From positions 88,980-152,979 of the forward strand of contig JACOYB010000006.1 of assembly GCA_016182085.1 (NCBI GenBank): a DNA stretch of 64,000 nucleotides. Reading direction: 5' to 3'. The position numbers and the translations under genes were made by a program. Source of the DNA: Candidatus Magasanikiibacteriota bacterium. GTDB taxonomy: Bacteria; Patescibacteriota; Patescibacteriia; Magasanikbacterales; GWA2-37-8. Below, piece after piece: positions 17,979-26,785 of this stretch. The notes beneath the pieces were generated by a model. It saw only the letters and a program-made list of their open reading frames with translations. It had not been told where the DNA came from and searched no databases. Every line of letters starts with the position of its first letter. Within the stretch, counting starts at the first letter, position 1.

Positions 17979-18380
17979 ATGGATAAACAACGATTTTTCG
18001 TTCTTATTAAAAGAACAGCTTTGGTCGTTTCAATCGTAATTATTTTAGCTTGGGTGGCAGGGCTCATAGCCGTATTTATTGTTCGTAGTTTGGATAACAG
18101 TGAAATGAAACCAAGCAAAAATCATACGGTTGATTATGTTTCCCCAAATAGCCGTTATGCGGTTAGTACGCTGTATGATGAAAATAAATATCCGATTGAT
18201 ATTGTGGTAATAGATGCAAAAAGCGGTGTATCTGTGACAAAAATTACGCCGGAAGCAGAAATTGCGCGGTATGAAATTGCGGAAGCAAGTTCAACCATCA
18301 CCTTTACTTTGTATAATAATAAAAATAATCCAATAAAATTTTATTATTTTAATACTAAAAACGGAGAATGGATTAAATAA
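17979..18380 (+). CDS. hypothetical membrane-anchored protein
   Basis: 133-aa ORF with one N-terminal TM helix. No recognisable domain. Confidence 0.4.
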   Translation: MDKQRFFVLIKRTALVVSIVIILAWVAGLIAVFIVRSLDNSEMKPSKNHTVDYVSPNSRYAVSTLYDENKYPIDIVVIDAKSGVSVTKITPEAEIARYEIAEASSTITFTLYNNKNNPIKFYYFNTKNGEWIK

Positions 18381-18469
18381 TTTTATCTTTTTATATATAG
18401 GTTCCCATATATACTCACTCGCTGCGCCACCGCTGAAGCTTTAGCGGCACGCGGTCGGAAATAATTAAG

Positions 18470-18574
18470 TACATTTAATTATTTCTCTTACTCACTTCGC
18501 ATATATTTAAGATATATTTTCATTCACTCGGAAATAAATAAGCAAGCTCATTTATTTCCTCATTCATTTCAAAT
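18470..18574 (+). promoter_or_regulatory. hairpin+box leader element (two modules) upstream of gap
   Basis: Module 1 is GAAATAATTAA-gtacat-TTAATTATTTC (11-bp perfect hairpin) followed by TCTTACTCACTTCGCATATAT. Module 2 is GGAAATAAA..TTTATTTCC hairpin followed by TCATTCATTTCAAAT-ATG. Confidence 0.5.
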
Positions 18575-19570
18575 ATGAACATTGCTATAAATGGTTTTGG
18601 TAGAATAGGAAGACAAGCTTTTAAAGTCGCATTTGGCAGAAAAAAAATAAAAATTGTTGGCATCAATGATTTAACCGATACCAAAACCTTGGCCCATCTT
18701 TTAAAATATGACACTGCTTATGGAAAATATGGCAGTGAAGTGGATTTTGATGAAAAAAATTTAATTGTGGATGGCGAAAAAATTCCCGTGTTTGCGGAAA
18801 AAGATCCGAGCGTGTTGCCTTGGGAAAAATTAAAAGTAGATGTGGTTTTGGAGTGCACCGGCAGATTTACCAAAAAAGAAGATGCCGAGCTGCACCTCAA
18901 AGCCGGCGCTAAAAAAGTAGTAATTAGCGCTCCGGCCAAAGGCGGCGATGTACCAACCTATGTGCGCGCCGTAAATTGCGCCAAGTGCAACAAAGAAACT
19001 AGTACCGTAATAAATAACGCCTCCTGCACCACCAACAGCATTGGTCCGGTGATGGCCGTGCTTAATGAAACATTTGGTATAGAAAAAGCGATGATGACTA
19101 CCGCTCACGGCTATACTGCCGATCAGAATTTACAAGACGGCCCACACAAAGATTTACGTCGTGCTAGAGCTGCGGCCGAAAATATTGTGCCTACCACCAC
19201 CGGAGCGGCTATTGCCGTTACCGAAGTTATTCCTGGACTGGCCAATGTATTTGATGGGTTGGCTTTGCGTGTGCCAGTACCAACGGTTTCTGTATCAGAC
19301 ATGACGGTTTTGCTAAAGAAAAATGTTACTAAAGAAGAAATAAATCAAGCAATGATAGATGCTAGTAAGACAGGCAGATTTGCTGGCGTTTTAACCACTA
19401 CTACCGAACAATTAGTATCATCCGATTTTATCGGCAATACCCACTCTGCCATTGTGGATTTAAGCCTTACCAATGTAGTGGGTGGAAATTTGGTAAAAGT
19501 TGTATCTTGGTATGACAATGAAACCGGTTATGCGAATAGATTGGTGGAGATAGCGGAATTGTATGTTTAA
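18575..19570 (+). CDS. gap: type I glyceraldehyde-3-phosphate dehydrogenase
   Basis: NGFGRIGR Rossmann motif and ASCTTNS active-site cysteine. Confidence 0.9.
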   Translation: MNIAINGFGRIGRQAFKVAFGRKKIKIVGINDLTDTKTLAHLLKYDTAYGKYGSEVDFDEKNLIVDGEKIPVFAEKDPSVLPWEKLKVDVVLECTGRFTKKEDAELHLKAGAKKVVISAPAKGGDVPTYVRAVNCAKCNKETSTVINNASCTTNSIGPVMAVLNETFGIEKAMMTTAHGYTADQNLQDGPHKDLRRARAAAENIVPTTTGAAIAVTEVIPGLANVFDGLALRVPVPTVSVSDMTVLLKKNVTKEEINQAMIDASKTGRFAGVLTTTTEQLVSSDFIGNTHSAIVDLSLTNVVGGNLVKVVSWYDNETGYANRLVEIAELYV

Positions 19571-19572
19571 AT

Positions 19573-19920
19573 ATGTCAGAAATAAAAATAATAATTTCAA
19601 AAATATCAACGACAGAGATTAAAGCAATTGCCCAAGAACGTTTTGGCGATATGGTAAAATGTGTTGTTGATTTAGAAAAAGGTATAATGGCAATTGGCGG
19701 AGAAATGCATGCGGATGAAGAAGCTATTCTTTTAGAAAATGGTTCAAAACAAGAAAATTTATGGGGAATAAATTTGTATCCCGACAATAAAGGTGATGAT
19801 TTTGTGGAGTTTGATTCTATGATAAATATCAGACCAAGACAGAATAATCGTTCTCGCGGTGTAGAAAATGAAGAAATAAGAAAGAAAATTTTAGAGATTA
19901 TTAGTAAATTGGTTGGTTAA
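19573..19920 (+). CDS. hypothetical protein (conserved-looking small cytoplasmic protein)
   Basis: 115-aa ORF tightly packed between gap and the next ORF. No domain recognised with certainty. Confidence 0.4.
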   Translation: MSEIKIIISKISTTEIKAIAQERFGDMVKCVVDLEKGIMAIGGEMHADEEAILLENGSKQENLWGINLYPDNKGDDFVEFDSMINIRPRQNNRSRGVENEEIRKKILEIISKLVG

Positions 19921-20257
19921 TATGGTAGATTATATCCATCAAAATTTAGCGCAAGGAAAATGGTTTGCCATGTCTTTAAGCGAACAGCTCGGCAATGTTG
20001 GCAGTGAGGTAGGCCGTGCGGCCAAATGGCAGAGGCAGGGCAATGTAGTGTCGCGCGACAATGCTTTGGAGCGCGCCTTTGATTTATTAGATATGACTAT
20101 TGCCGACGTACGTAGAATAAAGTCATTAAAAGAATTATGTCGATCCCGTGAAGTGTTAGCCGATGTTTTCTATGGCGATAACCAGTACAAAGATTCGCCA
20201 GAGGCATTGGAAAAATATTTTTATCAATATGCCATGGCGGCGAGAAAAAATACATAA
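19913..20257 (+). CDS. hypothetical protein, possibly MazG-like all-alpha nucleotide pyrophosphohydrolase fold
   Basis: 114 aa. LSEQLGNVGSEVGRAAKW resembles the metal-binding EExxE-type helix of MazG-like proteins. Weak. Confidence 0.3.
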   Translation: MVNMVDYIHQNLAQGKWFAMSLSEQLGNVGSEVGRAAKWQRQGNVVSRDNALERAFDLLDMTIADVRRIKSLKELCRSREVLADVFYGDNQYKDSPEALEKYFYQYAMAARKNT

Positions 20258-20259
20258 AT

Positions 20260-21648
20260 ATGAATCGTATTCTAACAACTGAAACTGTAAATAAAGTAGG
20301 AGAGGAAGTAGTGTTAAAAGGCTGGGTAAACGCTCGCCGTAATATGGGCAAGATTGTCTTTTTGGATTTGCGAGATCGCGGCGGTATTGTGCAGGTAGTG
20401 GGTGTGCCAAGCGAACTTGATGAAGCTTCAAATGAAAGTCTAAAAGAAGTCCGTCCGGAATGGGTAATCCAAATCAAAGGTATAGTAAAAGAACGTGGCG
20501 AGAAACAAAAAAATTCGGATATGCCAACCGGTACGGTTGAAATTTTGATGAAAGAATTAGTTGTATTAAACCAGGCCGAAACCCCGCCGTTTGAAATAGA
20601 TAAAGATACAAAAGGCATAAACGAAGAACTTCGTCTTAAGTATCGTTACTTGGATTTGCGTTCAGAACGCATGTTAAAGAATTTAATTTTACGCGATAAA
20701 GTAGAAACATTTTTCCGAGAGTATTTGCACGCCAAAAATTTTATTGAAGTAGAAACTCCAAATCTTACCAAGGGCACTCCGGAAGGTTCGCGTGAATTTT
20801 TGGTGCCATCTCGTGTGCACTCTGGCAAAATGTACGTGCTTCCTCAATCACCGCAGCAGTTTAAGCAGCTGCTTATGGTGGGTGGAGTAGAAAAGTATTT
20901 CCAAGTTGCCAGATGTTTCCGCGACGAAGACCAGCGCGGCGACCGTCAGCCGGAATTTACCCAGCTTGATTTGGAAATGAGTTTTGTAGAACAAGAAGAT
21001 GTTTTAAATCTGGTAGAAAATATGATGGTAGAGCTGGTGGCCAAAGTTGCGCCAGAAAAAAAGATTCAATCTGTGCCATTTCCACGTATTAGTTATAAAG
21101 AAGCAATGGAAAAATATAATTCTGACAAACCGGATTTACGAGAAGATAAAAACGATCCAAATTTATTTGCCTTTGAATGGGTGGTAGATTTCCCGATGTT
21201 TGAAAAAGCCGATGATGGTTCGGTGCAAGCTGTGCATCATCCATTTACTTCGCCACGCGCAGAAGATATGGACAAACTTGGTTCCGATCCGTTTAGTGTA
21301 CGTGCCAATGCCTATGATCTGGTTTTAAACGGCAACGAAATTTTTGGCGGCAGTATCCGTATCCACAAACGAGAATTACAAAACAAAGTATTTGAACTAC
21401 TGGGCTTGGATGAAAAAACAATTCAAGAACGTTTTGGCCACATGCTCGAAGCGTTTACTTTTGGCGCGCCTCCGCACGGCGGCATTGCTTCGGGAATAGA
21501 TCGTATTCTTATGTTGCTCGCCAACGAAGAAAATATTCGTGAAGTAATTCCGTTCCCAAAAACCGGTGATGCCAGAGATTTGATGATGAATGCGCCGTCG
21601 GAGATGCCAGAGCAGGCACTGAAAGATGTGCATATAAAATTAGCATAA
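20260..21648 (+). CDS. aspS: aspartate--tRNA ligase, bacterial type but lacking the GAD insertion domain
   Basis: QSPQQFKQLLMVGGVEKYFQVARCFRDEDQRGDRQPEFTQLDLEMSF is near-identical to the bacterial AspRS motif-2 region. Only 462 aa: the ~130-aa insertion between motifs 2 and 3 is absent. Confidence 0.85.
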   Translation: MNRILTTETVNKVGEEVVLKGWVNARRNMGKIVFLDLRDRGGIVQVVGVPSELDEASNESLKEVRPEWVIQIKGIVKERGEKQKNSDMPTGTVEILMKELVVLNQAETPPFEIDKDTKGINEELRLKYRYLDLRSERMLKNLILRDKVETFFREYLHAKNFIEVETPNLTKGTPEGSREFLVPSRVHSGKMYVLPQSPQQFKQLLMVGGVEKYFQVARCFRDEDQRGDRQPEFTQLDLEMSFVEQEDVLNLVENMMVELVAKVAPEKKIQSVPFPRISYKEAMEKYNSDKPDLREDKNDPNLFAFEWVVDFPMFEKADDGSVQAVHHPFTSPRAEDMDKLGSDPFSVRANAYDLVLNGNEIFGGSIRIHKRELQNKVFELLGLDEKTIQERFGHMLEAFTFGAPPHGGIASGIDRILMLLANEENIREVIPFPKTGDARDLMMNAPSEMPEQALKDVHIKLA

Positions 21649-21656
21649 CGAGTTTC

Positions 21657-21766
21657 GTTGTCATCCCGAGCGGACTCGCCTAGGCGAGGGAGTCGAGGGA
21701 TCCCTTACACTTGGGTATTGCAAGTATGATATTTAAGGGATTCCTCCACTTCGGTCGGAATGACAG
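21657..21766. repeat. GC-rich palindrome-dense intergenic element with TGTCATCCCGA / TCGGAATGACA inverted ends
   Basis: Contains CTCGCCTAGGCGAG (14-nt perfect palindrome) and GGGATCCC. Its ends are inverted copies, and the left end matches 2843-2855. Confidence 0.45.
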
Positions 21767-21781
21767 TTGCGGAGAAAATAT

Positions 21782-22474
21782 ATGAAAGAACTAAAACTAG
21801 AAAAATTTGAAGGCCCTTTGGATTTGCTCTTGCAGCTCATTGATCAAGAAAAGTTAAGTATTACCGAAATCTCTTTATCCAAAGTTACGGAGCAGTTTTT
21901 TTCTTACTTGGATAAATTGGAAAAAAATCGTCCCGAGGAACTGGCAGATTTTTTGGTTGTTGCCGCCAGACTTATCTATTTAAAATCACACCATTTACTC
22001 CAGTATGCCAGCCCCCAGGAAGAAGAAAATGGCCCGGCACTAGCCGATCAATTAAAGCTTTATAAACAGTACGTAGACGCAAGCAAAACCATAAATATTT
22101 TATGGCAAGCTGGTAAATTAGCTTATGGCCGCGTGGAGCCGCCGATACCAATAAAAGAGTTTATTTTGCCTGCCAATGCGGACAAGGATAGTTTGTACAA
22201 AGCCATGGTATTTTTGGTAAATCGCCTTAAGCCGCTTGAGCCGCTGCCAAAAGTTACCATAGATCATTCGGTCTCGGTGAAGCAAAAAATTGACGTTATT
22301 AGAAATCTGTTAAAAGGCGCAAAACAATTTAGTTTTACGCACTTACTTTCCTCGGCAAAAAATAAAACCGAAGTCATTGTAAATTTTTTAGCCATTTTGG
22401 AACTGGTAAAAGAAAAATCGGTGCTGGTAAAACAAACCCTGGCTTTTGAAGATATGTTAATTGTAAGGAGATAA
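21782..22474 (+). CDS. scpA: segregation and condensation protein A
   Basis: N-terminal EGPLDLLLQLI..K..I..ISL..VT.QF motif typical of ScpA. GGAG lies ~9 nt upstream of the ATG at 21782. Confidence 0.8.
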   Translation: MKELKLEKFEGPLDLLLQLIDQEKLSITEISLSKVTEQFFSYLDKLEKNRPEELADFLVVAARLIYLKSHHLLQYASPQEEENGPALADQLKLYKQYVDASKTINILWQAGKLAYGRVEPPIPIKEFILPANADKDSLYKAMVFLVNRLKPLEPLPKVTIDHSVSVKQKIDVIRNLLKGAKQFSFTHLLSSAKNKTEVIVNFLAILELVKEKSVLVKQTLAFEDMLIVRR

Positions 22475-22478
22475 GTAT

Positions 22479-23012
22479 ATGACTACGCAAGCAAAAATTG
22501 AGAGCATTTTATTTGTCGCTTCCAAGCCGCTGACCGCTAAAAAAATAGCAGGCGTCTTAAAGGCGCAAGAAAAAGACGTGTTGGAATCATTGCAGGCATT
22601 ACAAGCAAAACATAATCATGAAAATTCCGGTATTGTGGTGCTGAAAAATAATAATGAATGGCAAATGATGGCCAGTCCGGAAAATAGAGAAGAATCGGAG
22701 AATTTCATGAAAGCCGAAGTTTCGGAAGAGTTGACTCGACCGCAGCTGGAAACCCTAACGGTAATTTCATATTGCGGCCCGATTACCAAACCGGAACTGG
22801 AGCAAATCAGAGGTGTAAATTGCGGCCTTATCTTGCGCAATTTAATGTTACGGGGACTGGTAAAAGAAAATGAAGACAGCGCTAGTCTGTTGCCAACATA
22901 CGAAGTTACGATGGAATACTTACGGCACATGGGCGTGCATAGTTTGGAAGAATTGCCTAATTATGCCCAGTTGCATAATCATCCGTATATAATTGGCGTT
23001 AGTCAGGAATAG
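22479..23012 (+). CDS. scpB: segregation and condensation protein B
   Basis: Tandem winged-helix organisation (IESILFVASKPL..). Follows scpA. Confidence 0.8.
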   Translation: MTTQAKIESILFVASKPLTAKKIAGVLKAQEKDVLESLQALQAKHNHENSGIVVLKNNNEWQMMASPENREESENFMKAEVSEELTRPQLETLTVISYCGPITKPELEQIRGVNCGLILRNLMLRGLVKENEDSASLLPTYEVTMEYLRHMGVHSLEELPNYAQLHNHPYIIGVSQE

Positions 23013-24042
23013 CTGTATTTATATGTTATCTAAATTTTCCGATTTTCTATCATCAATTGGCGTAATGCTGGCGGGGATTTTTCTATTATTTTTTTCTTCA
23101 GTTTATTTTGCCTCGGCAGACACCCCTTCTTTTTTGCAATTTCCAACCAGCGGAAAAAGAGCGCAAGTCGCAGAGGGCGCAGCTTTGGAAAATTTGCCAA
23201 TCAGTAAACCGGCCGTGCCGCTGTTAAAAAATCCCGATTTAAAAATTGACAATTTGGCCACAGTAGCGGCAGCTTCAGCCGTGGCAGTTGATGCCAAAAC
23301 GAAAACTATTTTATTTAATAAAAATGCCGGTGAAATAAGGTCCTTGGCCAGTATCACTAAACTTATGACCGCGATGGTGCTGTTGGATTTGCCGATGCAA
23401 TGGAATTCAAGCGCCACCATAACCGAAGAAGATATGGCCGGCGATCATCACGTGGAAGTGGGGGAACGATTTACATTGGAAGATCTGTGGCATGTAGCGT
23501 TAATCGGTTCTTCCAACACAGCCATCAAGGCGCTCGTTAGAAGCAGTGGTCTTAGCCAAGAACAGTTTGTGGCGCTGATGAATCAAAAAGCAAAAGAATT
23601 ACGATTGTCCTCCGCTCGTTTTAACGAACCAACAGGTCTGTCGGAAAAGAATATGGCGAGCGGTGTGGATACTGCCCGGCTGCTTATTGACGCGTTAACA
23701 TTTGATAAAATTTATTCAACCGTTCAAATTGGTGAATATTACGCGCATCCGCTGGGCGGCAAAAAAGCCCGAAGGGTATGGACAACCAACTGGCTGCTCA
23801 CCGACTGGATTCCAAATAATTTTAAAGTTGAAAATATTGCCGGAAAAACTGGTTATATAGACAGTTCAGGATATAATTTTGTCGTCAGTTTAAGCAATGA
23901 AAAAACACACACCATTACGGTGGCAGTTTTAGGCGCGGCCAGCAACGAAGCCAGATTCAGCGAGGCGCGCGATTTGGCCGAATGGGTTTTTGCAAATTAC
24001 ACCTGGCCCGATGAAGAAGGATATGGCAAGCTTATACAGTAG
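22993..24042 (+). CDS. D-alanyl-D-alanine carboxypeptidase (peptidase S11, PBP5-like)
   Basis: Signal/TM anchor, SITK (SxxK) active-site motif and SN-type motif SSN (LIGSSNTA). Confidence 0.7.
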   Translation: MALVRNSCIYMLSKFSDFLSSIGVMLAGIFLLFFSSVYFASADTPSFLQFPTSGKRAQVAEGAALENLPISKPAVPLLKNPDLKIDNLATVAAASAVAVDAKTKTILFNKNAGEIRSLASITKLMTAMVLLDLPMQWNSSATITEEDMAGDHHVEVGERFTLEDLWHVALIGSSNTAIKALVRSSGLSQEQFVALMNQKAKELRLSSARFNEPTGLSEKNMASGVDTARLLIDALTFDKIYSTVQIGEYYAHPLGGKKARRVWTTNWLLTDWIPNNFKVENIAGKTGYIDSSGYNFVVSLSNEKTHTITVAVLGAASNEARFSEARDLAEWVFANYTWPDEEGYGKLIQ

Positions 24043-24078
24043 TGTCGTGTTTAGTGTACAAGATAATACATTGTCATT

Positions 24079-24525
24079 ATGGAAAAGAATATTGTAATAA
24101 AAGAAGATTCTATAGAAATCGCAGTTGCTGTTAACGCGACGATAGCGGAATTTGAATCCAAGTACAGTAAAGAGTATTTTCAGGAACGCATTAATGGTAA
24201 AGACAGTTTGATCCTAGTTGCATATGCTGACAATCAGCCTGTCGGATATATGGTGTCATACAAAAAACATGACGACAGTTCATTTTATTGCTGGATGACT
24301 GGTGTCAATCCGGTTTTTCGTAGACTGGGCATATTGAATAAATTGATGCGCCGATTAACTGAGTGGGCAAAACAGCATGGTTATAAAAAAATAACCATTA
24401 AAACCAGGAATAGCCGTAGAGAAATGCTGTCGTATTTAGTTAAATCCGGTTTTAACTTTACTGAGGTCCAGCCGCAAATTTTGATTGAAGATAATAGAAT
24501 CCTGCTGGAAAAGATGGTGGCGTAA
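24079..24525 (+). CDS. GNAT family N-acetyltransferase
   Basis: 148 aa. V..R..GI...L motif-A-like segment (VFRRLGILNKLM). Confidence 0.55.
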   Translation: MEKNIVIKEDSIEIAVAVNATIAEFESKYSKEYFQERINGKDSLILVAYADNQPVGYMVSYKKHDDSSFYCWMTGVNPVFRRLGILNKLMRRLTEWAKQHGYKKITIKTRNSRREMLSYLVKSGFNFTEVQPQILIEDNRILLEKMVA

Positions 24526-24621
24526 GTTTGTTATATAAATGTCTTCTCAGGATGTAACAAAAAGAGTATAATATGTATTATCAAATATATAGGTATTTTG
24601 TTACTCAAGCAACATATTAAA

Positions 24622-25794
24622 ATGTCATTCAAAAACCTGGATCAAGCTGGCAAGTTATTCGGTAAAACCGTATTATTACGGACAGATTTTAATGTGCCCC
24701 TAAAAGGCAAAATAGTTCAGGATAATTTTAAAATTAAAAAAGGCTTGGTTACCATAAAGGATTTAATGGAAAAAGGCGCGAAAGTAGTAGTTATCAGCCA
24801 CTTGGGACGGCCAAAAGGCATGGATAAAAAACTAAGCCTGCGTCCAGTAGCGGCGGAACTCAGCAAATTTTTGCAAAAGAGCATTCCCGTGCTGGATGTG
24901 CGGAGTTTAGAAAAAACCAAGATAAAAATTGATAAATTATTGCCAGGTTCGGTGGTTATGCTGGAAAATATTCGATTTGCCAAAGGCGAGGTGGAAAATT
25001 CCGATGCTTTTGCCAAAGAATTGGCGGATTTGGGAGACGCCTTTGTGCTAGACGGTTTCGCGGTGGCGCACCGAGAAGCGCCGTCTGTATCCGGAGTTGC
25101 CAAGTATTTATTCGCCTATGCCGGATTTTTACTCGAAGAAGAAATAGAAGGATTAAATCAAATAATTAAAAAACCGAAAAAACCGCTCGTAGCAATACTC
25201 GGCGGTATTAAAATGGAAACCAAGATTCCGGTATTAAAAAATTTGTTAAAAAAAGCCGATTATATTTTGGTGGGCGGAGGGATTGTAAACACGTATCTGT
25301 GGGCCAGAGGCCATAAGGTCGGCAGTTCAGTAGTTGATAAAAATTTTAAAAAAGAAATATTGCGCTACTGTTCAAATAAAAAAGTTATTTTACCGGTAGA
25401 CGTGATTGTGGGGCCGAAAAACGGAAAAAAGGCGAAAGCGGTGAGCGTTAAAAATTTAAATGTAAAAAAAGAGCTCGGAATTTTTGATATTGGTCCGCAA
25501 AGCATAAAATTATTCGCGCGTTATATAAAGAAAGCGAAAACCTTGGTTTGGAATGGGGCTATGGGAAATTTTGAGCAGCATCCGTACCAGTACGGTACCC
25601 ATTCAATGGCGCGGCTAGTCGCGTCTCGATCAAAAGGCAAGGCGTTCGGTGTAGCTGGCGGCGGAGAAACAATTGAAGTTATGAAAAAATTGCACGTGCT
25701 AAACGATCTGGATTTAGCTTCAACCGGCGGCGGATCTATGTTAGAATACTTAAGCGGAAGAAGTTTGCCTGGTATAGAGGCATTAAAAAATTAA
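24622..25794 (+). CDS. pgk: phosphoglycerate kinase
   Basis: RTDFNVP N-terminal signature, hinge and C-terminal GGGA..LE motifs. ATG 24622 preferred over ORF track start 24598. Confidence 0.9.
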   Translation: MSFKNLDQAGKLFGKTVLLRTDFNVPLKGKIVQDNFKIKKGLVTIKDLMEKGAKVVVISHLGRPKGMDKKLSLRPVAAELSKFLQKSIPVLDVRSLEKTKIKIDKLLPGSVVMLENIRFAKGEVENSDAFAKELADLGDAFVLDGFAVAHREAPSVSGVAKYLFAYAGFLLEEEIEGLNQIIKKPKKPLVAILGGIKMETKIPVLKNLLKKADYILVGGGIVNTYLWARGHKVGSSVVDKNFKKEILRYCSNKKVILPVDVIVGPKNGKKAKAVSVKNLNVKKELGIFDIGPQSIKLFARYIKKAKTLVWNGAMGNFEQHPYQYGTHSMARLVASRSKGKAFGVAGGGETIEVMKKLHVLNDLDLASTGGGSMLEYLSGRSLPGIEALKN

Positions 25795-25850
25795 TTATTA
25801 ACTTTAATTGGACCCTTCGCTTTACGCGGAGTAGTCCGGAGGACAACTAT

Positions 25851-26687
25851 ATGGCCTTACCAACAGGTGGAAATAAAATGGATCAAACAACATCGGGTGG
25901 TATGTGTGGAAGATGGGGGTGCTATAACAGCCATCACTTTGGACATAGAATTCTTATGACCGTGGTGGGGATTCTCTTGGTGTATGGAGTTTTTTATGTT
26001 GGCACGCTTATCCGTAACAACATGAAAGAGTATGATTTCATTGGCAAAGCCGACCGCGCGGAAAGAACTGTAATTATCAATGGATTTGGAAAAGTCACGG
26101 GTAAAAATGATATTGCGGTTACCACTATCGGTTTTTCCAATACCGATAAAGACGTGGCTAAAGCTCAAGCTGATAATAAAAAGGTAATGGATCAAGTGTA
26201 TTTGGATCTAAAGGCCATGGGAATTGAAGAAAAAGATTTACAGAGCAGCTATACAATTAGTCCGGATTATAATTATACCGAACAGCGAGGTCAGGAGCTG
26301 CGCGGATACAGAGTATCAAACAGTTTGACTGTAAAAATTAGAGATTTAAGCAAGGTAAGTAATGTCTTGGCGTTGGCCGGCAAACATGGCGCAACCGAAG
26401 TCGGGGGTTTAAGCTTTACCATAGATGATCCGGAAAATTTAAAAACCGAAGCCAGGGAAAAGGCTTTAGTTGACGCGAAAACTAAAGCTGAACGTTTAGG
26501 ACAAAAATTGGGTTTACGTTTAGGCGGTATCATTTCTTATAGTGAATACGAAGGTCCTGACTACGGCCCATACGCAGCTAATAAAATGTATGATGTAGGC
26601 GGTATGGGTGGGTCTGCGCCAATAGCCGTGCCAGGTGGAAGTATGGATGTAACAATGAACGTGAGCGTAGTGTACGAGGTTTTATAG
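25851..26687 (+). CDS. membrane-anchored SIMPL (DUF541) domain protein
   Basis: N-terminal TM helix. C-terminal LSFTIDDPE..EAREKALVDAK.KAE.L pattern resembles the SIMPL/26-kDa periplasmic protein family. Confidence 0.5.
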   Translation: MALPTGGNKMDQTTSGGMCGRWGCYNSHHFGHRILMTVVGILLVYGVFYVGTLIRNNMKEYDFIGKADRAERTVIINGFGKVTGKNDIAVTTIGFSNTDKDVAKAQADNKKVMDQVYLDLKAMGIEEKDLQSSYTISPDYNYTEQRGQELRGYRVSNSLTVKIRDLSKVSNVLALAGKHGATEVGGLSFTIDDPENLKTEAREKALVDAKTKAERLGQKLGLRLGGIISYSEYEGPDYGPYAANKMYDVGGMGGSAPIAVPGGSMDVTMNVSVVYEVL

Positions 26688-26708
26688 TAAAAACAGAGAA
26701 AGAGGCCC

Positions 26709-26748
26709 TGTAATTAGCAAAAAGGGGCCTCTTTTTTGTTAAATTAAA
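26709..26748 (+). terminator. rho-independent terminator (AGAGGCCC...GGGCCTCT + T6)
   Basis: 8-bp GC stem followed by TTTTTT. Confidence 0.6.
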
Positions 26749-26785
26749 GTATGATATAATTATCTTTATAACTTCTTTATCTTGT

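Noticed and set aside
24575-24621. Full hairpin+box leader upstream of pgk
   Set aside because: Only a degenerate copy of the box (TTACTCAAGCAACATATTAAA) is present, without the flanking perfect hairpin. Mentioned under the motif finding but not annotated as a separate feature.
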